DNA of 64,000 nt from Eledone cirrhosa. Lineage: Eukaryota. Shown here piece by piece: positions 1-13,525 of the stretch. The first letter of the stretch is position 1. Each line of letters starts with the position of its first letter. Below the pieces are notes generated by a model. The model was not told the origin of the DNA. It did no database searches and worked only from the letters and a program-made list of their open reading frames with translations. The translations under genes and the position numbers were made by a program. Where the stretch lies: positions 289,974,001 through 290,038,000 of the forward strand of contig OZ024742.1 of NCBI GenBank assembly GCA_964016885.1. The letters are read 5' to 3'.

Positions 1-462
1 CGTCTAAACCCATGCTAACGTGGAAGATAGTCGTTAAACGATGATGATGATGATGTAAGAACCTTTGTTAAACTCCAAACACCAGCCTAACAATGAGAAA
101 GTTAGTTATATTAGTAAATTCTTCCAAATTCGAGATTATTTTCAAAATTATGTAAAACATATTGGTAATTAATGTCTTTCATTAGAACTATTATATCAAT
201 TTCAATAACAACAAACACAACCAATGTTTTAAATCCTTTTTCCCTGCTAAATTAAGGGTTAGCCTTGTGAGCCTCATGCGGCCAGCAATTACCATTTAAC
301 AAAGTGTACTGGGTATGTTTTATCATGGCTTTACACATCATCACAGAGTGTACTAGATGTGTTTTATCATGGCACCAGTACTACTATTTTATTGTGTGGG
401 TTTATTTATGTCCTTTTCCCATTTTCAAAGTTCTATATTTGTATCCGAATTGCCTTCTACAG

Positions 463-606
463 ATCACAGGTGATGCCAATGAAGAGCAGATCCTGTTATC
501 CCTGCAAACTTATCAAGACAGAAGCTCCCATATTATTGTTGCTTTGAACAGTCTTTATAATTTATTTCGGAGATCTGTTGTACGGAATCAAGCTGATGCT
601 CTTGAC
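463..606 (+). CDS. ZER1: ZER1 homolog, internal exon (first in window)
   Basis: AG acceptor at 461-462, GTAAGT donor at 607; ITGDANEEQILLSLQTYQDR...NQADALD; phase joins next exon. Confidence 0.88.
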
Positions 607-1327
607 GTAAGTAAACACTTTCTTTTTACTCAGACATTTCTCAGATTTAGACAATCTTTAAACCCTTTTCATACCATCCTGCCTCATTCTATGATAAAAA
701 GCTGTTTGCATTGATCTAAAAACCATCCATTATAATTTTATGTCAGATCTCTAATGTTCCTGACACCAGCTAAATATTTGATCAACCTACTTGAAACCAC
801 CCCTAGTTCTATTTCAAAGTATTTATATTTTTTAAAAATTCAGTGATAATTTTATGTAAGAACTATTAAGGAATTTTCAAAACACAAGCATACACAGGCT
901 AAAGCATACATCTAATGAAGCCTCCATAATGAAGCTGACATAACAAAAAGCACCCAGTACTCACTGTAAATATGGCTGGCATTAGGAAAGGCATCCAGCT
1001 GTAGATACCAAGCCAAAATTAGTTCTGTATGAACAAAACATGGTCATCTGACTTGACATTTCTCACAACAGGACAACTCGTCTAATCCATGCTAGCATGG
1101 AAAAATGTACATTAAACAGTGCTGATGATAATGATATTTACTAGGCAGTATTTTTCATTAGAAATATGTTAATAAAAAGGTTAAGTAAGAGGATGAAACT
1201 TAAGAAAAATATAAAGGCTAGGTTTAAAGCTCCTACTTTTCATCATGTTGATCTATGGGACAATAACATAGTATAATCTAACTGATGGGCATACTTTCTA
1301 CAGCTGAATGCCTTTCTTAATACTAAC

Positions 1328-1803
1328 CACTTTACAGAGTGTACTGGCAGCATTTTATAGAGACACTAGCACTTCCTCTTTACAGTGTGTAGTGGGTACA
1401 TTTTATTGTGGCATCCATACTACCTCTTTACCGGGTACATTCTATAATGGCACCAACCCTATCACTTTACAGAGTGCACTGGTTACATTCTATAGTGGCA
1501 CCAGCCCTGCCACTTTACAGAGTGTACTGGGTGCATTCTATATTAGTTCAGCACTGCCACTTTACAGAGTATACTAGGTGCATTCTATAGTGGAACCAGC
1601 ACTGTCACTTTACAGAGTGTACTGGGTGCATTCTATAGTAGCACCAGCACTGCCATTTTACAGAGTGTACTGGGTGCATTCTATAGTGGCACCAGCACTG
1701 CCACTTTACAGAGTGTACTGAGTGTACTAGGTGTATTCTATAGTGGAACCAGCGCTACCACTTTACAGAGTGTACTGGGTACATTCTATAGTGGAACCAG
1801 CAT
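1328..1803. repeat. ~48-bp minisatellite derived from a retroposon tail segment
   Basis: Repeats of cactttacagagtgtactgggtgcattctatagtggcaccagcactgc. Confidence 0.85.
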
Positions 1804-1895
1804 TATATGTATGTTGACAACAACTCGTCAGTGACATTGTATTTTGTATTTTAAAGTTTTTCTTTTAATTTCTAACATCTATTTGTCTATTGTAG

Positions 1896-1954
1896 GCCAT
1901 ATTGTCTTGTATGAAGCAACATCCAAAAGATTGGCACGTCCAGATCTCAGGGAG
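1896..1954 (+). CDS. ZER1: ZER1 homolog exon
   Basis: tgtag|...|gtaaac; AILSCMKQHPKDWHVQISG(S), which continues into the QISGSASLFY motif. Confidence 0.88.
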
Positions 1955-2299
1955 GTAAACATTACTGCTTTACTTCTTTTCAATTTAAAAGCATGAAAAA
2001 TAAAGATGTTGCTGTTGTTAGTAGTAGTGGTATTAGTGGTGGTGGTAATACTGAGGGTGGTTGATTGGTAGGGCATAAGACAAAATACTTTGTGGTGTTT
2101 GTTCCAGTTCAAATCCTGCCAAAATCGACTTTGCTTTTCATCTTTCCAGGATTGATAACATAAAATACTAGTAAGGTACTGAATTGATTTAATTGACTTT
2201 CCCCTCACACCGATTATTGCTGGTCTTGTACTTAAATTGAAAAAAAATTATCATTATTATTTTCAACAAAAATAAAGAAATTATTATTATTATTATTGA

Positions 2300-2482
2300 G
2301 GGTGGTGGATTGGCAGCATAGTTATGGACCTTTATGTTCTGAGTTTAAATCCTGCCGAGGTTAGCTTTGTCTTTCATCCTTACAGGGCCAATAAAATAAT
2401 GCACCAGTAATGCACTGGTGTTGATTTAATTGACTTTCCCCTCCCCTTCAAATAGCTGGCCTTGTGCCTATAGTAGAAACAA
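2300..2482 (+). mobile_element. tRNA-derived SINE (family A, central box gcctttcatccttacggggtcgataaaataaagtacc)
   Basis: A/B-box-like head and shared central box; further copies near 2050-2240, 3855-4025, 7458-7672, 26108-26312 and 40199-40277 (+) and 12880-13100, 13118-13293, 28250-28495, 37670-37836 and 46661-46846 (-). Confidence 0.8.
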
Positions 2483-3309
2483 TTATTATTATTATTTTAT
2501 CATGCAGTGAGATGATTAATGCACTGGAGTATTTAATTATGTCAAGTCACAACAACCATCTCAGACAGTTAATATTTTCCTTAAAATGTGCTCAGTTCAT
2601 AGCAGGGCTGATATTGTATGACACCAATCTTAACATATAAGATAATATGTACTGTATAGACTTGAATATAAGCTGACCCCTTATTTTATGTCTGAGAAAT
2701 AGGCAAAAATCCAGATTGCTTTTATAAGCTGAGGCAGATAATCAACACAATATGTTTAGATTGTACGGTTTTGAAATTCTCATCAGTGGAGAATATATTT
2801 ATGAAGTTTTAATATTTTGATATTTAAAATGCTTTAAGTGTTGTTTAGAGTATAGTTTGTTTCATGATTTTTTACTAATTTCCAACCGTTTTGAAGGCTA
2901 TATTCATTCAAAACACATAAAAAATAATAGGAAATACAAATTTCACATTGAAAATGAAACTGATGTAATATTCACCTCCAAAGTGAAACCGGTGTAATAT
3001 TCACTGTCAAAGCAAAAGTATGTTAGCACTTCATTTATGTAGAATTTTGAAGTTATTGAAAATCGGCAAAATATTGACCTCGAATATAATCCGATGCCCC
3101 TACTATAAAGTAGATATTTCTACATATAAATTAGATATTTCATATATAAAGTAGATATTTTCTGAAGATATTTCTACATATAAAATGGATAATTTCATAA
3201 ATATATTTCTACTTATAAAGTAGATATTTTCTGAACATATTTCTACATATAAAATGTATATACTTTATAAACAGTTCTACATGCAAAGTATTTTCTTGTA
3301 CCATTCCAG

Positions 3310-3372
3310 TGCATCATTATTTTATATTGTCAAAGGAGAACAAATGGCACATGCACCCCGTAAATTAAGGAA
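3310..3372 (+). CDS. ZER1: ZER1 homolog exon
   Basis: ccag|...|gtaagt; (S)ASLFYIVKGEQMAHAPRKLR(K); phase 2/2 matches neighbours. Confidence 0.88.
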
Positions 3373-3419
3373 GTAAGTTTTACCCCACTACAGTTATTCT
3401 GATTGTGTGTATGTGTGAG

Positions 3420-3580
3420 TGGGAAGGGCATATGTGTGTTTTTGTGTGTATGAAGGGCATATGTGTGTTTTTGTGTGTGTGTGTGTAAAGGGTATATATG
3501 TGTTTTTGTGTATGTGTATTGTGTGAAGGGCATATGTGTTTTTGTGTGTGAAGGGCATATGTGTGTTTTTGTGTGTGTGG
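3420..3580. repeat. Short tandem repeat (gaagggcatatgtgtgtttttgtgtgt)n
   Basis: About 5 degenerate copies. Confidence 0.75.
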
Positions 3581-4664
3581 ATAAACCATGGTCAAATAGT
3601 TAAGAAGTTAGCTTTACAATCTTAAGATACTGAGTTTGATCCAACTGCCTGGAATCTTAGGCAAGGGTCATTTACCATAGCTTTTGGGGCAACCCAAGCC
3701 TTGGGAGTGAAATTAAGTAGATGTTTGGAAGCCTGTTGAATAGACTGTACCTGTAATTCAAAGGCCAGTCTTATACACTGTTCTGCTGAATCTCCCTGAG
3801 AATTACATTAAGGGTACATGTTTGTGAAATACTCAGCCATGTGCATTATTATTGGCAGTATCAGTAGAGGGTCGGATGCCATGCTTTCTAGCATAGTTAC
3901 GTCCCTTTACGTTCTGAGTTCAAATCCCGCCGAGGTTAACTTTGCCTTTCATCCTTACGGGGTCGATAAAATAAACTACCTGTAATATACTGGGTGATTG
4001 CTGGCCTTGTGCCAAATGTAGAAACAATTACTATACAAGATGGACTGTACCTATAATTCAAAGGGTCAGCTTTATCACACTGTACCATGCTGAATCTCCC
4101 TGATAATTGCATTAACAGTACACATATCTGTGGAATGCTCAGCCACTTGCACATTGATTTCATGAGCAGGCTGTTCCATTGTTCAAATCATTGGAATACT
4201 CATTGTTGAAACCAATGTATGTCCACTCCCTGTGTGTGTATATGTACACAAACATGAGTGTAAACAAAAAGAAAAAAGAGTGCTCAATACCAATGGTAAA
4301 GTGTTGTTATATTTATGGAAGCTAACAGTTTATATTTTCAGACCCAACGTTCCAAGTCTCTGATCCTCAAAAATAATATATCATGGTTTGTTTAAAGATC
4401 AGAGACATGAAATTTTGGGTTGGTAAATGGTCACGGTGTCGGATGTAGAGTGAAGAGTTGTTAACAAGAATACACACATGCACACACACACACACACATA
4501 TATATGTATACACAGTAGGCTTCTACACAGTTTATGTCTACCAAATTGCACTCACAAGGCATTGGTTAGCCCAAAGGTGTAGTAGAAGACAGTTACTCAT
4601 GGTATGAAACAGTGGGATATAACCCTGAACACTTGTTAACCACACAATCATGCCTGTACTTGTA

Positions 4665-4696
<32 letters not shown>

Positions 4697-4735
4697 CCAT
4701 CTAGTTGATATTAACATAACACTGTATATCTTTAG

Positions 4736-4790
4736 GAAAGCCATCGATATCTTACTTGATGCTATGGAAAACAGAGATGATGAGCAAACT
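4736..4790 (+). CDS. ZER1: ZER1 homolog exon
   Basis: tttag|...|gtgagt; KAIDILLDAMENRDDEQT. Confidence 0.87.
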
Positions 4791-5684
4791 GTGAGTATTA
4801 CATTGATTTTTGTAAATATTACCTCCCTGCCTGCCATTTAATGCATCCTCTCTGCCACAAACATGTGGATGTGATCACTGGCATGTTCGTATCCAACTTG
4901 CCATCATCACTTCGTCTTTAGTAACTATTTTCTTCATCACAGTACCCTTACATTCTCTCCACTGCCTTTCTCTCTCATTTCACTCTGTTAAATCCCACCT
5001 CAGTGGTTATACATCTGTGACATTGTACTTATTGCACCAATTAACTCCTCTTCCTATTTTCAATCGCCTTGGAACAGGAAGATTTTTCAGTTAAATCAAT
5101 GACTGACAATCTTCCTAGTACTAATGCTATCATGAAAAGCACCCAGTTCATGCTGTAATGTAGTTAACATTAGGAAGGGCATCGACTTCTAGACACAGCC
5201 AAAGAGTTCTCTGTACTTTTTGTTTTTGCATGGCTTCTAAAACATGAAAACCTCCCTAGTGCTGGTGCCAGGATAAAATGCACTCAGTACACTTTGTAAA
5301 ATGTAGCAAGAGCATTCAGCTATAGAAACCATGCCAAATAAGGTTTGAAAAGTCTCATCAGTCACAATTCGAACATACCAACCTCTCTAGTGCTGGTGCC
5401 ATGATTGAATGCATGTAGTCCACACTAAAAGTGGTAGTGCTGGTTTCATACTAAAATGCTCCCAGTACATTCTTTAAAGTGTTTGATATCCAGACTTAGA
5501 AACCATGCCAAAATGTGGAACATATAATTAAAATGTAGTTCTCCCTACCAGTTTAGTCTCATACTTGACAAGCCAGCCAACCCATGCCAGCATTGAAAGC
5601 TGACATAAAAGGATTACGATGATGATTCTATTCTGTTAATTAAAATGTCTCAGAAATATATTTGTTTTATTTGAAATATATGCT

Positions 5685-6092
5685 GTGTGTATCTGGTTTA
5701 GAATAGGTACACTGTATCCCTGCATGCATTTGATTTAGAATAGATACACAGTATACCTATATGTATCTGGTTTAGAATATGTACATCATATCCCTGTGTA
5801 TATCTGGTTTAAAGTAGGTACACTGTATCTGATTTAGGATTGGTACACTGTATCCCTTTTTGTATCTGATTTAGGATAGGTACACTATATCCCTGTGTGT
5901 ATTTGGTTTAGAATAGGTACACTCTATCCCTGTGTATCTGGTTTAGAATAAGTACACTATATCCCTTTGTGTATTTGATTTAGGATAGGTACACTGTGTC
6001 CCTGTGTGTATTTGGTTTAGAATAGGTACACTGTATCCCTGTATGTATCTGGTTTAGAATAGGCATACTATATCCCTGTGTGTGTGTCTGGT
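5685..6092. repeat. ~35-37-bp minisatellite
   Basis: Repeats of tatctggtttagaataggtacactgtatccctgtgtg just upstream of an exon. Confidence 0.85.
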
Positions 6093-6136
6093 TTTGTCTT
6101 GTTTTATATTTGGAATATATATTTTATCTATTTTAG

Positions 6137-6190
6137 ATGCTGAGGAATGGTTTTCTTACCCTCTGTCACTTTGATATTCCTCACGAAGTG
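6137..6190 (+). CDS. ZER1: ZER1 homolog exon
   Basis: ttttag|...|gtaagc; MLRNGFLTLCHFDIPHEV. Confidence 0.88.
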
Positions 6191-7260
6191 GTAAGCTCTG
6201 ACATCTTTCTTTTAATCTTTTTGAAACCAAACCCCTTGAAACTGCCCTTGCTTCTATGATACAAAGCTGTTTATTTCAAAGTATTATATTTATCTAAGAA
6301 CCTTCCATCATAATTTTATGTAAGATCCTCTGTTAAGTTATATTCCAAACACTAACTTGATTATGAGAAAATTAGTTATTTTACTAAATCTCTCTAAATT
6401 TTTTATTATTTTCAAAATCATTGGCAGTTTCTTTCATTATAAATAGGGTAATGAAAGTGCTAACACATTTCTATTAATAGGTAGTGAAATGACAGAGTTG
6501 CTAGAGCATTGGATTAAAGGCCTTGCTATTTTTTCCAACTCACTGTGCTCCTAATTCAAAGTCCAAGATTAATTTTGCATTTGAAATCTTTCAGGCAGAA
6601 TTATGAAAGTGTCAGACTTTGTTTTGTAGTATCTGATCCGGGTGTGTGTATTCTTAGTTGAAACTCCTTCAACCAGGTGTTGTAACTGACAGATAGTAGT
6701 ATCAGCAATGCAAGACCAATGGAAACATTATTTCCTTGGTCTGATCTGATGATCAACTTGTTTCTTCTGCCAGGAATTGTGACCAGCAGGTAGTATCTGC
6801 AATCAAAGAATAATGGAAACATTGTTTCCGATCTGACAATCAACTCCTCTCTTTTTACACTGGGTGCAGGAAGAAAGAGCAATATCTATTTACATATTTC
6901 AATTAAAGTAATTTTAAATATAGTATTTGTTAATGGGTTAGACATGGGCTCCGTAAGCCTTAGTGAAGTCAACCTGTCTAAGAGAGTAGACACTCCAAAT
7001 AAAAATTAATACAGGATGGAGAGGACACGAGCCCAGTAAGACAACCTTTCTAGTGCTAGTGGCACGAATAATGCACCCAGTCCACACTGTAAAGTGGTTG
7101 GTGATAAGAAGGGCATCTGACCAGAAAATCCCTACCAAAAGCCAAAAACATGTACAAAAACAGGAATATTTATTTAATAACCAAAAATATTTTTTTCTGT
7201 ACAGTTTTTATTTTTGCTAAATGACTAACAAGAAAATCTTTTTTGTGTGTTTCTTTCTAG

Positions 7261-7422
7261 CTTTACTGTTACAAACGTCTTGTAAAAATTCTCCTTGGTG
7301 CTGTAACTCCCGAAAACCAAGACCAATTAGTGCAACGTATTGGAATCTCTTTGCTGAATTGTCTGGCTTGTCAAGTTGATGGTACTGAGAAGAGAATGGT
7401 TGGAGAGTTGGGAGTTATTTGT
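7261..7422 (+). CDS. ZER1: ZER1 homolog exon
   Basis: ttctag|...|gtaagt; LYCYKRLVKILL...VQRIGISLLNCLACQVDGTEKRMVGELGVIC. Confidence 0.92.
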
Positions 7423-8199
7423 GTAAGTACTTCATCATCATTATCATTAACGTTTAAGGGCGGTGGATTGGCAGTATCGGTAGTTGGTCGGATGCTATGC
7501 TTTGCAGCATAGAATTACGGCCCTTTATGATCTGAGTTCAAATCCCACCGAGGTTAACTTTGCCTTTCATCCTTACTGGGTTGATAAAATAAAGTACCAG
7601 TCACGCACTTGCGTCAATTTAATCGACTTTCATCTCCCGCAAAATTGCTGGCCTTGTGCTTATATAAGAAACCATTATCATTAACGTTTACTACATTGGC
7701 ATGGGTTAGCTGGGTTGTTCAAAACAGGATGCAGTTAGGAGGACCACATCTTGCTCATATATTCCTTTCTTGGCATGATTTCTACAGCTGGATGCCCTTC
7801 CTTCTGCCAACCTCCTTACAGCATGTACTAGGTGTGTTTTATCACGGCACTGGTATTGCCACTTTACAGAGTATACTGGGTGCATTTATCATAGCTCCAA
7901 CACTACTACTTTACAGAATGTACTGGGTGCATTTTATATGACATCAGCACTGCCACACTTCAGAGTGTACTGGCTATATTTTATTGTGGCATCATCATCA
8001 CCACCACCACCACTATCACTTTACAGAGTATACTAGGTGCATATTATCATGACACCAGTACTACAGGTTGACATCCAAAGGATTGAACTCATCTTATTGT
8101 TCCCTAGCCTCCACAAACATTCTACATTCGGTGCCTGTGTTTCATTACCATAGGAATACACTCATATGGTTCACATAATCAGTCTTTTTTTTTACTAGT

Positions 8200-8630
8200 T
8201 GATCCATGCTTTGTGATTCACGCACATTAATGCTGCATATTCATCAAAGCATACTTGCCTCATTTTTCTCCAGCTGTCACATATCATATGTGCTTACTGC
8301 TCATGCCTCACTACCATGCAGCATCACACTTTGCATACAGACATCATACAACTGACCTTTTATTGTCAACAGAGGCAGTAGCTCCCTGAACTTTTTCCAT
8401 CCTGTCTTTATTCTAGCTACTATTCTCTTGGAGCACCCTCCTCCACTACTAATTATATCACCTAGGTAGCAGAAGTATTCAACCACTTCTGTGGATCCTT
8501 CCTGGGATTGTAAAAGGGTTATATTATTTATTTTATTATTGATATTCTTACTATCAATTGACCCTCAAAATCTACTCCATACAAAGTCTTTCTTTCCTAT
8601 TAGTCTGTCTGTTATCCCACTACACCTCTT
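8200..8630 (-). mobile_element. Degenerate RTE-type LINE fragment
   Basis: FCYLGDIISSGGGC...RIKTGWKKFRELLPLLT matches other copies in the window. Confidence 0.75.
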
Positions 8631-9262
8631 AGGTTAGTTGAGGGGTAGTCTGTCTTTCTCTCACTCATTCTCTACATTCATCAACCTCTCATAATAACAT
8701 TTCTTTCCAGCATCAGTGGTGCTAAGTACACTGGTGTCATTTTGAACACACTTTTTTCCAACAAAAGGTCAAAAGGCATTGGCAAACCTTCTTCTTTCAG
8801 CTTCTTACAATATGTTTATATATAAACATGCCTAATGTAGTTGGTACTAGGAAGGGAATCCAGCTGTATAAACCATGGGAAACAAAAGGTTAAAAAGACT
8901 GGTGTCAAGGACATAACAATGTCTCTGGTACTGATGCCACAATGAAACACACACACACAACACACTCTGTAAAGAGATTAGTGACAGAAAGGGCATCCAG
9001 TTGTAGAAATGATTAATACAAAAACTAGGACATAAATGAGATATGTTTCACAACCCACCCATCAGTTAGAGGACAATAACTCTGATTTGGTACTGATTGC
9101 CATGAGCTGTGCAACTGTCCAACCCATACCAGCATGGTGATATAAATGATGATGTTGATGATATATGAATTTAGATTTAATATTGCTGTGAGTAATTAAA
9201 CTGTGACTATATCACAAGTGTGGTAATTCTAATACCATTTGACTTTTCTTTTTGATTTCTAG

Positions 9263-9353
9263 ACAATGCTCTCGATTGTTCAGCGGAAACTTGAAAGCAA
9301 AGTTTGTGACGAAACATTGGAAGTTTCTTGGAGTACTATGTGGAATGTAACAG
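9263..9353 (+). CDS. ZER1: ZER1 homolog exon
   Basis: ttctag|...|gtaaga; TMLSIVQRKLESKVCDETLEVSWSTMWNVT, start of the WNVTDETP motif. Confidence 0.92.
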
Positions 9354-9887
9354 GTAAGATTATTATGTCTGTCTTTTAGCCAGACATTGGCACCCTGTAC
9401 ATTCTGTAAAATGGTTGCCAAAGAAACAAAGACAACATAGAATAGAGTTGGTCTTGTCAAAGATTTGACCACCTTCTTTGTTTAGGTGTTATGATAAAAT
9501 GTACCCAGTACACTCTGTAAAGTGATTGATGGACAAACCAAGACAAAATAGAGTTGGTGGTAGTGTTGGCAGCAACAGCAGCAGAGTATTTATATTCATC
9601 ATCATCATTTAATGTCTATTTTCCCTGCTAGTAAAGGTTGGATGGGTGATCACAGACCAAGTCACAACTTAATTGGAGCCACTGATCTTGCAAATGGGCT
9701 AAGACTTTATTTCACTTTCATGCATTCCTGCACTCTACAGAAGGTGCCATACCTGTGTATTTTGCCATGGCACCAACTCAAGGGAGTCATGTTTATCAAT
9801 GGATGGGTTAGTTTATATATTCGAGGTCAATATTTTGCCAATTTTCATCAACTTAACAGAAAGGTCCTTTAGCCCCCAAACTCTCGT

Positions 9888-10097
9888 TTTTTTTGCCGTG
9901 GCACCTCCACGACCACTTTGCAGTGGAATGATAGGGACCCCAGTCCCATCATCTCATTTCTACAGCTGAGTAAACTGGAGCAATGTGAAATAAAATGTCT
10001 TGCTCAAGGAAACAACACATCACCCAGTCTGAGAATTGAACTCACAACCTTTCGATTGCAAGGCCAATGCTCTAACTACTAAGCCATGTGCCTGCAT
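9888..10097 (-). mobile_element. CORE-type tRNA SINE (family B), partial
   Basis: Reverse complement of the 32086-32290 sequence. Confidence 0.8.
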
Positions 10098-10361
10098 AGG
10101 CAGAGATAATTGTTAACATTCTATTATTCTGAGTTTGATAATACTGTGACTAACTATAACTACCCCAATCACCTTATCTAGCCACTTCTCAGTTAGTAGA
10201 ATATCTATCCCGCCTACCCCACTGTCATTACCTACCCAGAAGAGCTTGTATATATGTTGCTTACCTCCACATAGTCTTATGTGATAAGCACTGTAGTTGT
10301 GTGTGGGCATTGAAAGTGTGATCTCTTTATTAAATATATCTTTCTATCAATTCCTTCATAG

Positions 10362-10432
10362 ATGAAACTCCTTCAAACTGTGAGAAATTCATGGATGGTG
10401 ATGGTATGGAATTATTTATCCAATGTCTTAAG
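10362..10432 (+). CDS. ZER1: ZER1 homolog exon
   Basis: catag|...|gtaaat; DETPSNCEKFMDGDGMELFIQCLK. Confidence 0.92.
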
Positions 10433-10929
10433 GTAAATCCAGGTTACATATTTCTTTAAATCTATTTTTAATGAAATACACTTTATTTCAATTAATAAAC
10501 TCTTAACATCTCATAATGATGTAGAAAATATCTAAAAATGGGTTTGTTAATTTAAATGCTTATTGTATCTCTACTAGTAGACATATCATTGTGAAAGTTT
10601 GCAGTATTACAGTAAAGACTTGAATTTTTAATGCCATGCAAGCATACTGCTGTTATGTGCTTTTCAAGAATGTCTAGCTAACACAGATTCATCTGATCAA
10701 GGTATTAAGAGTTAATGAAGAATTTTAAGGGATTTACTAAATTTATTAATTATTTCACTACTTCGATAGTAACTTAACATATGATTCTTATTTGAAATTG
10801 TGCTGGAAGATTTAGATTGAAATAGGAAACCTTTAAAATGGGTGATTGTGTTTCATAGAACCTGAGTCAGTTTTAGCTGAAATGCTATCAAAGGAATTAA
10901 AGAACATTTTTAATTATCAAGAAATATCA

Positions 10930-11400
10930 ATAACTCATTATCTTCAAATCTGTATTCGTGCCAACACTTACCTATGATCATGAATCTTGGGTAAAGAATA
11001 CGATTGCAAAACCAAGCGGCAGAAATGGGGTTCCTCCAAAGGGTCTTTGGAGTAATGTTACTCGATAGAATGCGTAGCTCGGAGATCAGAGTGTCACTCC
11101 AGGTAGAGCCGCTACTTCTCTAAATTGAGAGATTACAGCTCCGATACTATGGGCATGTGGTTAGAATGTCTCAGGAAAGAATTGCTGGACAGATTTTATG
11201 GGCAAAACCAATTGGCAGGAGACCCAGGAATAGACCCTGAGCAAGATGGTTGGATAACATCCATAAGCTCAGCTGGTCTCACTTGGGAATCCAGCCGAAT
11301 CAGTTGGAGACAGTTGCTTCTGACAGGACTCGCTGGAAGGAGTGTTTGAGGACTCTGTCTCCACAATCCTCTCAGGAATAAGTGGGCAAAGAAGAAGTAG
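10930..11400 (+). mobile_element. Degenerate RTE LINE 3' fragment (a different family)
   Basis: Frameshifted LTYDHESW...QLRYYGHVVRMSQERIA-like motifs. Confidence 0.6.
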
Positions 11401-12375
11401 ATGTCAACAAGTCTTCTATTATTTATATATGTTGGACCGCCATTGGTTGTGATGATGAGGTTTCCAGTTGATTTGATCAATTTCAGCAGCCTGATCATAA
11501 AATGAACATGCAAGTGGCTGAACATTCCACAAACTGAGTACCCTTAATCAAATTCTCAAGGAAGTTCGGTGTGTTACTATATATGACTGGTACAGTCCAT
11601 CTTGTATTATAGTGTAAGTGGCTGAGTATTCCACAGACATGTATAACAGTAACATAATTCTGAAGGAAATTTGGTGTGACAAGATTGGCCCTTTTGATTT
11701 ACTGGTATAATTCATTTTTCTAGCTGAATGGACTGTAGCCACATGAAATGGACTGTCTTGATCTTTTTATGTGTGGACTGTAGCAAAATGAAATAGTGTC
11801 GTGTTCAAGGATACAATGTGCTGCCCAAACTGGGAATCGAACTCATGAGTTTATGATGTTCTGCCAGACACTTTAACCACTAAACCATACACCTTCACAA
11901 TTATAGATTAAATCTGAGTTAATTAACCCTTTTGATACCAGACTGCCTGAAACTGCCCCTGGTTCTGTGATACAAAACTTTGTTAAAGTGTTTATATTTG
12001 TCCTAAAATCTTCCATCATAACATTATGTAAGAACCTTTGTTATCCTTCCAATCCAGGGCTTTCTCACTCCTGTCTAAGGAAACCCTCCCTGGTTGACCT
12101 CCACCACTTTCTGTTTGGTTTTGGTCATGTCAAGGGTGTAACCATACTCACCATGCTTGACCAATTGTGGGTTGGTGAGGCTATTTAATCCATATCTGGC
12201 ATGGATAGCCATTGGCTGTGAGTTCATTTGCCCTTTTTGCAGCTCTTTTTTTTATGCTGCTGGGGTTCCACTTACCCTGCTCACAACACCAGGGTCTGGT
12301 AGGGAGCTGGTTTAGTTACTGACCACTTAACGATGAAGTAAGTTGTACTGAGTTACATTCTTAACACTAGCTTAA

Positions 12376-12581
12376 CCCTTTAGCATTTAAACCGGCCATA
12401 TCTGGCCAGAATTCTCTCACCTCTTCCTGTTCCAACTGGCTGTAACTGGCTGCTCATACTTATGTTAAGGTATTAAATAAATAATACCAAAATCTCATCG
12501 ATTCATATGAGATTTTGGTATTATGTGAGATAAAGTGTTTACCGTGAATGTGTAATAGTATATAATGTAAATGCTAAAGGA
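12376..12581. mobile_element. Putative piggyBac-like MITE nested in another repeat
   Basis: TTAA|CCCTTTAGCATTTA ... TAAATGCTAAAGG terminal inverted repeats. Confidence 0.45.
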
Positions 12582-12776
12582 TGAATGAAAATGTTAGTGG
12601 TATTGCTAAATTCCTCTAAATTCTTAATTATTGTCAAAATCATAGTTTGTGTCTTTCATAAAAAATATGGTATAAAGAAAGTTTTTATTTTTGTGAAAGT
12701 CTCCAGCAAAACAAACCTGCCACTGTGTCTAACCATGTTTAATTAACAGGTAGAATTTCTTTTTCTTTTTATGTAG

Positions 12777-12824
12777 GAATTCCCAGAGAAACCAGAGCTT
12801 CTCAGAAACATGATGGGTCTTATG
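12777..12824 (+). CDS. ZER1: ZER1 homolog exon
   Basis: tgtag|...|gtaaaa; EFPEKPELLRNMMGLM. Confidence 0.9.
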
Positions 12825-13525
12825 GTAAAATTGATTCTTTTATAATTCTTTCAATCTCTATAATAAATAATAATAATAATGGTTTCTTATATAGGCACAA
12901 GGCCAGCAATTTGGGGGGAGGGGAAAGTCAATTAAATCAACTTCAATGCGTGACTGGTACTTTATTTTATCGACCTCGTAAGGATGAAAGGCAAAGTTAA
13001 CCTCGGCTGTATTTCAACTCAGAACGTAAAGGAACATAACTCTATGCCACGAAGCATGTTGTTCGACGCTCTACCAATTCTGCCAATCCACTGCCATATA
13101 ATAATGATAAAAATAATTGTTTCTACTTTTGGCACAAGGCCAGCAATTACCCCAGTGCATTGCTAGTACTTTATTTTATCGACTCCATAAGGATGAAAGG
13201 CAAAGTTAACCTCGGCAGGATTTGAACTCAGACTGTAAATGGTCGTCACTCTATTCTGCAAAGCATGGCCTCCGTCCCTTTACTGATATTGCCAATAATA
13301 ATAATAATAAATACTCTGGGTTTTTTTCTATCTACAATCTGTCCAAAACCAAATTTTTTATTTGAGAATTCATGGAACACAAATGTAAGATTGAATAGTG
13401 GTGGGATAAAATGTTTAAAAATGTACACCAGAAGCCAGTGTACTGTCATAGGACCAGGGGCAGTTTTGGGCAGTTTGATATACAAAGGATTAATTAGCCC
13501 ATATAAATCTCTCTCGTATATATAT

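Noticed and set aside
304-714. 136-aa ORF as a standalone gene
   Set aside because: Only 463-606 is ZER1-like and bounded by splice sites; the rest is intronic read-through
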